From the NCBI GenBank assembly GCA_951406725.2, contig OX597818.1:43648001-43712000 (forward strand): a DNA stretch of 64,000 bases, read 5' to 3'. Below the pieces are notes generated by a model, which saw only the letters and a list, made by a program, of their open reading frames with translations, had not been told where the DNA came from and made no database searches. This document shows, one piece after another, positions 12,301-23,363 of this stretch. The translations under genes were made by a program, and so were the position numbers. Origin of the DNA: Octopus vulgaris. Taxonomy: Eukaryota. Within the stretch, counting starts at the first letter, position 1, and each line of letters begins with the position of its first letter.

Positions 12301-15300
12301 TTGTTTTATGTTCAAACTGGCTATATCCAGCATCTCACTTTTACCAATGTCATTCTGAAAATAAGCAATCACATCACTGAAATCTCAGCCACAGGACAAC
12401 GCAGGATTAATCTGAAACTTCTGGCATCTATTACAAACTCAAAATATCGAAAGTAATGCACAGCACTTCACATATTTCTGATATTTAACAATTTTCAATT
12501 AAAAAAAAAAAAAAAACGAAACAGGAAACTAAACATCTTCAAACACAGCATTGTCTTTGAATGCTTTATTGCCAGGATAGACCAGAGTAGTGAGTGAATC
12601 GATTCCTTAACATAAGCCCAATAAAAATTTTGTCTATACACCAAGTATAATAAATTAAATCTTACCAGCTGCACCTTTGTCCTTTGACTGCTTCTTTGTA
12701 ACAACTGGAGTTTCCTAAAAATAAAAAAAAATTGTTCCTATAAGAAAAACTTGTTTCAGCATACACCTTTTGATTTATTCATGGATCAGATTGAATTACT
12801 AAGCAAGGTAATATTTTTCCATAGCAAAACATCAAAGACTGAAAACCAACAATACTTGTTCAAACCAGCAATGACAAGAGCACCCACATACATGAATGAC
12901 CAGCTTTCACCATATTCCATCATCCACTCACAAAGTACTTAACCCAGGGCTATAATAGAAGACAAGTACTAAATGTGCCAAGTAGTTGGACTGAATCAAA
13001 AACTACATGGTCAGGAAACTAGCTTCTTAATCAGATGTAAACATGTCCATGTGCAACAATCCACTAACTGCAAGAAAACAACTTTTTGCAGGTCTCAAAT
13101 TATGACCAAGCCACCAACCTATACAACCTGTCAAGAGTTAAATTTAGAGCTACCACAAGACAGATCTACAGAGTTTGTACAGATGTTATGTACAAAAAGT
13201 TGGAAGGAACTTTAGCAGAACTCATCACAGGTAGGAACAGAAGTACAAATTCCCGCAGGTGGACAGTGGCGACAAAGTGGGTGAAGTAAACAATTGCTGG
13301 TGGTGGTGGTGACAATGTAAGATGATCAGAAGGTGATTGAATGAATAAGTTATGGTTATCATTCAAAAATGGCAAATGACTAAGGAGAAAAGTAAGAAGT
13401 GTGTTGCCAAATTATTTTAAAATAAAAATACGAATTTTAATTCAAGGATTTATTTTTGCATTTAAGCACACTGAATCTTATCTATGATAGGTTTAAAAAA
13501 AAAAAAAAAAAAAAAAAAGTACTCACAACTTCCATTTCTTCTGATTCTGCAGAGGACTCCTCTGAAGATTCTTCAGGTTCTACAGGCTTTGGAGGTGCAG
13601 TCTTTTTGGCAGCCTAAAACAAAGAAACATTATTAATTGAAAAAGATGCCAACACAGAAGTAGAGCAACTGGGTAAATTTTGGGAACTTTCAGAACTCAG
13701 GATAAACTGACTGCCAACACAGACAACATTAAATTGTATACTTTATTTAAAGCTAGAAAAGAGCCTCTACTGGATCAAACCTTGGAAAATATATAATTTT
13801 GTTTACAATTGCTTTCCCTAAAAATTTAACCCGTTTAATATAAACCTGCCTGAGAATAACCCTAGTTGTGACACAAACTTCCCATTTCATGTTAAATGTC
13901 CCAAATATTAGTTTAATAATGAAATTATTCTTTATCTTTAAAATTAAATTAAGGCAATGTCACTATTTTGAATTTGCAGTCATAACATGAACTGTCACAT
14001 TGATAAATTGTAATTGTCGTTTTACATTAAAAAATAAAAATATCCAGGTAGTTATGCAATTTATATAATTTAATCCATGTAGAATGTTCTTTTAGTTTAG
14101 CACATCAAGGAAACAATACAACTAGAAAGACATCAAGACGCTATGGTCAGTTATATTTAAGGTATGTCTAATTTTGTAGCCACATCTTAAGGCTCTTGAA
14201 AATCCATGCTTTAGAAAAAAAGAGTAAGAAATAAGTGTCCTATTCAAAATTTATTAAATGTCCAGAAGTAAATTTTTTTTATTTTAAACATAATTTGAAA
14301 TAGTACATAAGAGGTTCTACAAGATATATAACATTTGTTGAGACTGTAAAATACTAGAAGCATTAAGCAATTTTTGAATATATTCAATATATAAAATTTT
14401 CCTAAGATAAAGCATAAAGGACAAGTTATTTTGTCACTTATCTTCAATCTCACCATACACACATCTATATATACATATATATATAGTGCTTCCTCTATTT
14501 AGATTTGCCAAAGTGCTAAAAATTTGATTCTTAATGCTTCTTGCATTATACCAATCACAACCTAACTGTTTATTATCAAACCTATTTAGGCATTAACTTG
14601 TTGAACCTAACAGCCATTTCAATTTCTCAAACTTTAGCTGGTACCTTTGGCAACTAGATTTTTTTTACATAGAATTGCAATCAGTTTATCAGAAGAAATA
14701 TTTCAAATCTTGTTTCAAAAAAGGAGAATGTATTTCCATCATAATATAAATTAGGCAATGTTTTACATTTTCACTTGACTAGTGCAGGATCACCAAACTT
14801 TATACACAGGGTGCCAGATAAGAGGGAATAACAAGTATGGGCCATGTAACTATTTTGCTCAACACAATAAATACACATAAAAAAAGACAACCAAAATATT
14901 TTATTTCTCAAAAAGTTATCAAAGAAGGCAATAACAGCAATTGCATCACACCCAGTGCACAGGTGTGATATAACTGAATCTCACAAACTAAGAAGCAAAA
15001 AAGATTGGTGAGACTTGTGAAACCGTGTTTAACTTCAAGAATCTCAGTATTTGTGTTGTAGTTGCTGCATCTAACCAAGGGAAAATGCTTTCAAATGTTC
15101 ATCAGTCAACCTCGTTTGATGTGCTGACTTCATACTTTATTTTTGAAAATATTTGCTCAGACATAAAATGTTCCAAACACTGATGCCATACCAGATGCAA
15201 ATGAACTCTCACTGCATGCACTTACACAAAACAAAAGGTAGTGTGGCAGAAGGCCGGTTCCCGCATGTGGATCGTAGTTTGGTGACCCCTTGACTAGAGG

Positions 15301-18300
15301 ATTTTCCACTGTAGACAATATATGGCCATGATGTGAAAATAAATTTCTCTGTAAACAGTTGCTGGGTGCGATACATTCTGAAACGCTTCAAAATTTGCTA
15401 TATTTTTGTGAGTTATTTACATAACAGCTAAAGTTCAAGAAGGTTAAAATGGCATGCTCACTCAACTTAAAACAACTGAGCAATGTGCAATGACAAAGAA
15501 TAGTATTAACTGGAAAAATGCATAATGTTTACCTCATACCCCTTTTCATGGCGCAGCTTAGCCTCCACCGTAGACTCACAATACTGGTTAGTGGGTGTAG
15601 TTGTAAGACCAGGTTGACACCAGCTTGCACACAAACCAGGAAATCCACTGCAGCATCCAGAATATGCAATACTCGATAACCACTTGCTTGCACGGTAACC
15701 ATTTATCGAAACACGGCCAAACCGAATTGATATCGCAGCCAATGGCATATTTTCGATACCCCTCGAGCCAATGGCATTACCGACCGACACGCAAGGAACC
15801 ACGGCAGCCAAATTCATCACATGGATGAATTGAGCATGTATTAACCAACACCGAAATCGAGCCTAATGGAGTCACTGCACAGTCACTCTACTTTCCAAAA
15901 GTAGCAGCCAAAACCCCCCTCAAATTGTATTTATCAGTCTAAAATAGCAGAATTGCCCAGTGAGGTAAATCAACATTAATTATGAAAGAAAATGCTAGTG
16001 AATATGTTAAATATCTGAAAAAGTTATAAACGGTCCAACTGATTCATCAATTTAATAATGAAAAAAGTCATTCACCTCCATAATGCAACATCGAAATAAT
16101 TTATCACTAGTACTAAAATATGAAAGCATAAATTATTTATAAGATAGTCACGTTTAAACATTTTTAAAATGTTATGAATCTCATCATTTAAGAAAAATTT
16201 CTTTCGGCCATTTCATTGATGACTTTTCAATTTTCATTGTCAGTTATGTACGAATATTTGGACCTTTTGGAGTTTACAATATCGATATCAAGTAACATTC
16301 ACTTTAATTGCATTGATGTTTAAGTGCCTATTTACATCACTTCCACTTTATTATCTTCAAATGAAAGATCACCAATCTAACTGATCCTGGAAGGACGAAA
16401 AGCAAAGTTGATCTGAGACATTTGAACTCAGAATGTAATAATGAAAGTAAAACTGTTTTTAGGAATCAAAGCGTTACTTTCACGTCCACTTTCCTATTTC
16501 TATCATGGGTCGGACAAAGGTTAATGTAGATGCTGACTTAGTTACTGATCGCCCATCAACTTGGTTCATAGCAGAACTGGATTCAACAGAAATAACTAAA
16601 GCCCAAAACAGCGACATTGAGAAATATTGGTAACATGAGGAAAAGTGGTGCAACTAAAATTAGAAACAACAGTAGTGGAAATATAAAAATCTGATTTGGC
16701 TTTTTCTTTTTTTAATTAAATCGAAACAAAAATCGTTAGCTTAAGTAACTCTTTTGACTACACGATTCTGGAAAAATTTCCAGACAGTCCTGTCTTTTGG
16801 ACCCCCCCCCCCCGACATCAATCGTCTGGAAGTTTTGAAATGTTTATTTAGTTGCGCATGCGTGAAAACCTGCCGGACAATTAACCAGCAGACGACACTT
16901 GAAGAGAAAATCGTTTGATATGATCGATCAGCATGCTAGAAATAATTGCTCAAGCCACACATCTTTAGCGTCTTATAAAATGAAGGGCACTGAACAAATA
17001 TAGAACAAAAAATACATATTTCGAATTAATTCCCCCCCCTACTATATCAATATTAAAAAAAATTTTTTTTCGAAAGCACTTCTCAGTTTTTGGAATAAAT
17101 GCACCCATCAAACAGAAACAAGGAATGCGTCAGTTGCTTCCGCTCCATTATCAACTTCAATGAAGTTTGCCAGATTGTAATAATGTAGGAGTAGCTGTGT
17201 GGCAGCTTGCTTACAAACCGCATGGTTCCGGCTTTAGTCCCACTGCGTGGCACTTTGGGCAAGTGTCATCTACTATAGCCTCGTGCCGACCAAAGCCTTG
17301 AGAATGGATTTGGTAGACGGAAATTGAAAGAAGTCCGTTGTATATGTATGCATATGTGTGTGTGTGTGTGTTTGTGTTTGTCTCCGCCAACATCGCTTGA
17401 CAACCGATGCTGGTGTTTACGCCTCCGTAACTTAGCGGTTCGGCAAAAGAGACCGATTAGGCTTACAAAGAATTAAGTCCTGGGGTCGATTTGCTCGACT
17501 AAAAGGCGGTGCTCCAGCATGTTCAGTCAAATGACTGAAACAAGTAAAAGAGAAAATAGTTTGTAATCTTTATGATGCAGCACAAGTTTTAAAGCGTCAT
17601 CTGATTTTTCTTTATAATACATCAATTTCTCCGCAGCTAATTCAATTCTCACAAGCAACCTCGTGGTGGACTGGAATTTCATTGAGGTAAACTCACTATT
17701 GCACCAGATTAGTTAGAAGTGATGTAATCTCATCTTTCAGTATGGAAACAAACGATCGTCTGGTTGTTGTGGAATTTCAATTTAATGGAAATCGTTCGTG
17801 CTATGATGCAGTGGTTCTTCGAACAAATTACTCTTTAGTCAATAGAAATTGCACAAACATACATATATATACTCTTTTACTTGTTTCAGTCATTTGACTG
17901 CGGTCATGCTGGAGCACCACCTTTAATCGAGCAACTCGACCCCGGGACTTATTCTTCGTAAGCCCAGTACTTATTCTATCGGTCTCTTTTGCCGAACCGC
18001 TATATATATAGGTCGGTCTTTTGCGTACCAAATTCGCTCACATGACAACAACTGACCAGAGACCACAACAGACAATTGCCCTTGCCCATACTAGTGAGTA
18101 GTAGTACTGAACTCGAAACCACGAAGTATCTTCGCTTCAACTGTTATTCGTTTCACTGCTTGACCTCTACGAGTAAAAATTACTGTTGTCGATTTCACAC
18201 ACAAACATATTGTGACAATCGATGAGAAACGGTTATGTTGTATTTCTTAATTCACTACAACACAAAAATAAAGTATTTTTGTTTGAATCGCCTTTTGTAT

Positions 18301-19570
18301 CGATAACCGCCGCAATGTATATGTGAAATCAGTCAAGCAGGAGGCTCTCCTTGAACACTAGCGCAACATTCCACTCGGCGTAGCTCACCCACGTGGACGC
18401 CCCAGCCATGACACAAATTAGAATCGTAGAAAAACACAGTAATGGCAGCGACGCCTTTTCAACAAAAATATATCTTTAAAAATCCAATTGATTATGAATT
18501 TACTGATTTTGAGAATTTTGAGAAAAGCCAATTTTTTATTTTTTTTACATTCCCCTTATTACCAGTAACCAATTTTAATTACGTCGCTTTTGTCCCATAT
18601 TATCACTCTTTTACCGATCTCTAAGATTATACAAAATATTTTTCAAATTCTTTTAGCTTTTTAATAAATTCAAACAGGCTATAAATACGGAGATATCTAT
18701 ATGACTTGATTAAGAATTTACTGATTTTGAGAAAAGCCAATTTTTTTTTTACATTCGCCTTATTACCAGTAACCAATTTTAATTACGTCGCTTTTGTCCC
18801 ATATTATCACCGATCTCTAGATTATACAAAATATTTTTCAAATTCTTTTAGCTTTTTAATAAATTCAAATAGGCTATAAATACGGAGATATCTATATTAC
18901 TTTTAAGATTTACAACAACAAGCAGTTACTTTCAATTTAATTTTTAAAAAACTAAATATAGGGCATTTCGATTCTGCAAAAATTAACTTCGCTTCTTTCT
19001 CCATTTTGGAAAACACAAGTAGATTTTTTTTTTTTTTCCATGACTTCTTCCGAAAATTTCTGGATGTTTAAATACAGATTACGATTCTACGAAAAAATAA
19101 GCTGTTTTGAGCAAGAAGGTAATTATTCCGAAGCTCAGTCCAAAAAGTGGAGACAGAATTTAATAAATTAAATAAACAGCACTTGATTAAATAATCATTT
19201 TGCGTTCGTCTTTAATAAGGTCACAAACCACATGGAATAGGTTTTAATATTTTTAATAACTTCCACAGCTAATCAAATACTTTTACAACTAAAACTGCAA
19301 AATTCATTTCGTAGGACTATTTACTTGATATTATAGAGATTATTTTTTGTTAATTCGAAATGATTAACTTGCTGTTGGCGAAAAGATTTCGAAATAATCT
19401 CGTCTCTTATTACATGTGCTTGAACACGTGGACTCTCCACAGTTGGCTAGCTTTCAAGTTGTATATTTCAATTTTAACCAGCTTATTCTATCTTCAAAAG
19501 ATATTGTCCTCGAATAAAATAGAAAAATAATAAAATAACATACCTTTTCCTTATTCTTTTTACCAGCCAT
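6335..19570 (-). CDS. NCL: Nucleolin-like protein, 14 coding exons, 538 aa (acidic N-terminus, NLS, 3 RRMs, RGG/GAR domain)
   Basis: Exons (minus): 19570-19544, 13613-13527, 12714-12666, 12151-11846, 11758-11714, 11159-11085, 10146-10029, 9919-9786, 9679-9544, 7784-7627, 7539-7404, 7288-7152, 6645-6475, 6372-6335. All are GT-AG and phase-compatible, totalling 1617 nt. Motifs: MAGKKNKEK start, E/S/D tracts, KRK..KKAK NLS, RNP1 KGFAYIEF and KGIAFIEF, FGGRGG repeats, C-terminal GRKKTFSDSD*. Confidence 0.93.
6475..6645 (-). CDS. NCL: Nucleolin exon 13 (RGG/GAR domain)
   Basis: GFGGRRGGGFGGGRGGGYGGGRG...; 171 nt, phase 1-1. Confidence 0.93.
7152..7288 (-). CDS. NCL: Nucleolin exon 12 (RRM3 second half)
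   Basis: IAFIEFESIPKAKSALNKMDGSNVDGRSVRCCYA; 137 nt, phase 2-1. Confidence 0.93.
7404..7539 (-). CDS. NCL: Nucleolin exon 11 (RRM3 first half)
   Basis: LLVRNLSY...SGKPKG; 136 nt, phase 1-2. Confidence 0.93.
7627..7784 (-). CDS. NCL: Nucleolin exon 10 (RRM2 second half)
   Basis: FAYIEF...LYLDYAG; 158 nt, phase 2-1. Confidence 0.93.
7949..9172. mobile_element. Non-autonomous piggyBac (same family as 4242-5267) with nested MITE at about 8039-8264
   Basis: TTAA-CCCTTTCGTTAC...GTAACGAAAGGG-TTAA; inner CCCTTTAGTGTT...AACACTAAAGGG-TTAA. Decayed relatives of the inner MITE occur near 6721-6930, 12255-12420 and 58876-59353. Confidence 0.85.
9544..9679 (-). CDS. NCL: Nucleolin exon 9 (RRM2 first half)
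   Basis: TLFLKNLPY RNP2; 136 nt, phase 1-2. Confidence 0.93.
9786..9919 (-). CDS. NCL: Nucleolin exon 8 (RRM1 second half)
   Basis: FAHIDL RNP1-like motif; 134 nt, phase 2-1. Confidence 0.92.
10029..10146 (-). CDS. NCL: Nucleolin exon 7 (RRM1 first half)
   Basis: VMCRNLP RNP2-like motif; 118 nt, phase 1-2. Confidence 0.92.
11085..11159 (-). CDS. NCL: Nucleolin exon 6 (bipartite NLS)
   Basis: GSKEAKKRKTESEDGNDAKKAKVDG, 75 nt, cag/gtaag. Confidence 0.92.
11714..11758 (-). CDS. NCL: Nucleolin exon 5 (ESEESPKPKLNGKSD)
   Basis: 45 nt, tag/gtaagt, phase 1-1. Confidence 0.85.
11846..12151 (-). CDS. NCL: Nucleolin exon 4 (acidic/basic tracts)
   Basis: 306 nt, phase 1-1, KKKKEESSESEEEEE... within ORF 11817..12173. 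Confidence 0.92.
12666..12714 (-). CDS. NCL: Nucleolin exon 3 (ETPVVTKKQSKDKGAA)
   Basis: tttag acceptor, gtaag donor, 49 nt, phase 0-1. Confidence 0.85.
13527..13613 (-). CDS. NCL: Nucleolin exon 2 (AAKKTAPPKPVEPEESSEESSAESEEMEV)
   Basis: tttag acceptor, gtgagt donor, 87 nt, phase 0-0. Confidence 0.88.
14784..15292 (-). mobile_element. hAT-Charlie non-autonomous element with dimerization-domain remnant
   Basis: TIR-like CAGGATCACCAAACT / AGTTTGGTGACCCCTTG; broken frame ASVFG..EQIFSKIKY.KSAHQTRLTDEHLK. Confidence 0.7.
17185..17553 (+). mobile_element. tRNA-derived CORE-like SINE family C
   Basis: Head TGTGTGG...GGTTC(C)GG, CORE-like ACTTTGGGCAAGTG, internal microsatellite, tail AATGACTGAAACAAGTAAAAG. 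Copies near 17870-18000, 25790-25925, 27830-28195, 45170-45552, 47820-47997, 51512-51942 and 57645-58020. Confidence 0.8.
18496..18907. repeat. Tandem duplication, about 218/195 bp units, in nucleolin intron 1
   Basis: Units start GAATTTACTGATTTTGAG at 18496 and 18714, with near-identical bodies. Confidence 0.9.
19544..19570 (-). CDS. NCL: Nucleolin exon 1 (MAGKKNKEK)
   Basis: ATG at 19570, donor AAG|gtatgt, phase 0, just downstream of a TCT-like initiator. Confidence 0.8.
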
Positions 19571-19640
19571 TTCAAATTTCTTCTGAATATTAACTTCAAG
19601 CGACTTTAAAACGAAGTGAACAAGTATGCGACTACTGCGT

Positions 19641-19676
19641 AAAGGAAAGAAATGGCGTGTGCGGCTTTATTTATAT
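19641..19676 (-). promoter_or_regulatory. Nucleolin core promoter: TATA-like box, YY1-like CGCCATTT, TCT/5'TOP initiator
   Basis: Minus strand reads TATAAATAAAGCCGCACACGCCATTTCTTTCCTTT, about 80 nt upstream of the ATG. Confidence 0.6.
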
Positions 19677-19924
19677 GAGAATATACCCCCCTCCCATTTT
19701 GCTACAAAGTTTCGGACCCAGTGAATAAATATATCTATCACGTATTAAAGTTTTTAATTGGTATTTTACTCCGAGTTAATTCATTATATTACGACAGAAA
19801 CAAAACAATTGATAATCCTATTGATGTTTTATATCTAAAATACGAATATTCCAACTACTTTTTAAAACGGGTCAGAATCGACTGCTATCAACCAAGCACT
19901 TGAGCATTTCGCCCGCAGTACAAC

Positions 19925-21310
19925 ATAATTTATGGATAGGACTTTTAAAACAGCTCCAAAAATTTTCCAACAAGTATTCATCATTCGAGTCCCTCTTAGT
20001 TTATCAGCCGTAACATACATATATGCCTTTTTGTCGGGAAAGTCGCAATCTACATCTGAAGAACTCCTTGGATGAATGCAATCATCTGGGATGCAATCCA
20101 ATGCGATTTCAACAATTCTGGGACCACACGTATCATCTCGTAGCTGTTTTCTACCATCTGACCCTAAGTATTGGGTTGTCCGGAAAGTTCGTGCCGATTT
20201 ATAGTATCTTACCTTTCGACTTATTTTAGAACATGGTTGATTCCATAAAATAGGACTTGACTACACCTCCATTTAGAGCAGAATTTAAGCTATCTTTTCG
20301 TGGAAGAAGGTTTATGTTTCTATAACCTGTGTTAATTCTGTAACCCTTTAGAATGGAAGATAAGAAAGTTCATTTTCGGCACTTGATGCTTTTCTTTTTC
20401 CGTAAAGGGAAAAGTGCCTCACAAGTAACCAAAGAAATATGCGCAGTTTACGGTGATGTTTCTTTATCCGAAAGAACTGTACGGAAATGGTTCGCAAGGT
20501 TCCGAGCTGGAGATTGTAGCCTTATTGATAAAGGGCGATCGGGCAGACCATCCACTATAGATGATGACAAAATCAAGTCATTAATTGAGAATAACCCACA
20601 TTGCACAACCCGAGAATTAGCAGAAAGCCTAAACCTATCAAAATCCGTCGTTCATGAGCACCTGGTAAAGCTTGGGTACACAAATCGCTGGAGAAAGGTA
20701 CAAATACAAGGTACAAAGTGTGGGACTGACCTCTGTATAAAGAAATGAAGACCGAGTAAAACATTTTTGTAGAATGTTGGATGGACTGGCTTTTCCACCA
20801 GTAGACAAAGTGGCCAAAGGGTTATCTAATGCATAATGTACCTGATGTTGAAGAACTGAAAGATCTTGTGGACTATTTCAGTAGCACATGTATTCGGCAC
20901 TTAACGTCGCATCTAGGCACCAGCCCTTCTTGATGGAATAATTCCTCTAGTACGCATGAGAAAGATTCCTCCCTTGTTTCCACGGCAGTTATGGAATGTC
21001 CACCAGGCAACTGTTGATAATGACGGTCGCACCAACATTTATGCGAGAGCTGGAATTTTTATTTCCATGAACTTGTGGGGTATGCCCACCCAGCCATCTG
21101 GAAAGCCATTGAAGGCATTCGAATAGATGCTCTTGTATCAGAAGCACTGGTTAAAGATTCTCGTGGCGAACCTCCAAGAAAATGAGTGATACTGTCACAG
21201 AGGAGTATGGACAACGTTTGAAGAACCTATGTCTGGACTATGTGAATGAAAGGAAAACCATAGAGGAATTTTTTGAATGACATAGGGCACAGAATCAGGT
21301 TGTCATAAAA
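19925..21310 (+). pseudogene. Mutator/MULE transposase fossil, interrupted by a mariner
   Basis: Broken frames MDRTFKTAPKIFQQVFIIR..., SCFYHLT, WRKVQ, MLDGLAF, LVDYF, PPLFP.QLWNVH...RTN..CESWN...HPAIWK. Confidence 0.8.
20169..20688 (+). mobile_element. 5' half of a mariner element (TIR plus HTH region of the transposase)
   Basis: TA-TTGGGTTGTCCGGAAAG TIR; ORF from 20353 MEDKKVHFRHLMLFFFRKG...WFARFR.GD..L.D..RSGRP; no DDD domain or right TIR. Confidence 0.9.
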
Positions 21311-21763
21311 TGAACTTTAAATGAACCTCAACACAAATTTGCTTTCAGTTTTCAAAAGATACCTTAGCGGTTGGTTGCACTATAGGCCTTCCGTTTTGTT
21401 TTTGTTTTTTTCTTTTTTGAAAACATGTTTTTATCTATACATGGGGAATTGTTGTTACTCAAGCAGTCAAAACAATTACGTGAAGTGGGCGGAGATAAAG
21501 AATATGTACATCACCCATTTTCTGTGTACAGACACACGCGCTTCTAAGTGGAACCAGCAGCCACGAGCCCGCGAGAATAATACACCTTAGCTGAGAGACG
21601 AACGTAGGGGACTTTCCTATTTGTATGGATGGCCGTGATTTTATTTAGATTGATGATGATGATGAATGAGGTTGTTGTTGTTGGTAGTTGAGATAATGAC
21701 GATGCTGCTGATGATGATGAATGTTTTTGACTTGTAAAGCACATTTCTTGAAGTAAATGTTTT

Positions 21764-22640
21764 CCCTTTTCTTAGAATTCATAAAATATATACATTGAGA
21801 GGTAAAGACTCTTATGTTCTGTTTATTTTATTCAATAATTGGAATTTTGGAAAATAAAAGGTTTTTTTTATATAACTGCAATTTCTGTTTTTACTTGAAA
21901 TTAAAAACAAAAAAATTCAAGAGATTTGGCTGTTATCTCTAGCATGTGGAGAGATCTTCGAGGCTTAACTTCATGTGCTGGTTGAAAATCACCTAAAAAA
22001 AATTCTGGGGTCAATACATTTCCCTATAAAAATTCTTCAAAGTGGCCCTTTTCTTAGAATTCAGAAAATATATACATTGAGTGGTAAAGACTATTATGTT
22101 CTGTTTATTTTATTCAACTTATATTTGATTACTTAATAATTGGAATTTTGGAAAATAAAAGTTTTTTTTTATAACCGCAATTTCTGTTTTTACTTGAAAT
22201 TAAAAACAAAAAAATGCAAGAGATTTGGCTATCTCTAGCATATGGAGAGATCTTCGAGGCTTCACTTCATGTGCTGGTTGAAAATCACCTAAAAAAAATT
22301 CTGGGGTCGATACATTTCCCTATAAAAATTCTTCAAAGTGGCCCTTTTCTTAGAATTCAGAAAATATATACATTGAGTGGTAAAGACTATTATGTTCTGT
22401 TTATTTTATTCAACTTATATTTGATTACTTAACAATTGGAATTTTGGAAAATAAGTTTTTTTTTTATAACCGCAATTTCTGTTTTTACTTGAAATTAAAA
22501 ACAAAAAAATTCAAGAGATTTGGCTGTTATCTCTAGCATGTGGAGAGATGTTCGAGGCTTAACTTCATGCGCTGGTTGAAAATCACCTAAAAAAATTCTG
22601 GGGTCAATACATTTCACTATAGAAAATTCTTCAAGGTGGC
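21764..22640. repeat. Three tandem units of about 280-300 bp, with degenerate copies to about 23250
   Basis: Units begin CCCTTTTCTTAGAATTC near 21764, 22045 and 22342, and include SINE-C tail-like sequence. Confidence 0.9.
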
Positions 22641-23277
22641 ACCCCAGCATGGCTGCAATCTAATGATTTTAACAAGTACAAAGGGAAAAAAACATATCAC
22701 AGAAGGGGTTTGATTAGGATTTTAAAAAAAATTCTGGGTTCCATGCAGCCATCTAAAAATTCTTCGTGGTGGTTGCCACAGTATAACTGCAACAAGTATA
22801 AAGAAAAAAGTTCTGACGTCAATACATTCAACTAAAAATTCCTCAAGGCATGTCTGCAGTCCAATGACTGAAACAGGTAAAAGATTTTTAGAAGAAAAAA
22901 AAAAAATGAATAACCAAAAAATATAACGGAGGGGGTTATAAAAAAATTTCAAGAGATTTAGCTGTTATTTCTAGCATATGAAAAGACCTTCTAGGCTTAA
23001 CTTCATGTGCTGATTGAAAACCATTTAAAAAAATTCTGGGGTTGCTACACTCGACTAAAAATTCTTCAAAATGGTGCTCCAGTATGGCCACAGTCTAATG
23101 ACTGCAACAAGTAAAAAGGAAGAAAAAATTCTGTGGTTGATACGTTTAACTAAAAGTTTTTCACCCAGGCTCTTGCCCGTGGTGCCCTCCTACTCGACAG
23201 GGCATCATAAAGTTGCCTTATTGGTATGGCCACAAGTAAAAGGTGAAAAAAACTAAAAAATAACTGAAAAATATAAC

Positions 23278-23363
23278 CGTGGGGCTGTTGTTCACGTTCA
23301 CACTTTAACTATGGGGATCTTGTCCACTTTCACACTTTAACTATGGGGCTTTTGTCCTATACT
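23278..23363. mobile_element. Probable MULE terminal repeat
   Basis: Repeated TTCACACTTTAACTATGGGG..TTGTCC units ending in CCTATACTC, downstream of the MULE fossil. Confidence 0.5.

Noticed and set aside
15044-15105. C/D snoRNA-like TGATGA...CTGA on the minus strand
   Set aside because: It lies in the hAT transposase remnant, where TGATGA comes from the codons for LTDEH.
16853-16862. NRF1-like TGCGCATGCG
   Set aside because: An isolated motif in what looks like a repeat fragment, with no further support.
18580-18592. ACGTCGCTTTT match to 28S rRNA in the intron 1 tandem repeat, suggesting a snoRNA guide
   Set aside because: Only 11 nt with no canonical D or D' box adjacent; likely chance.
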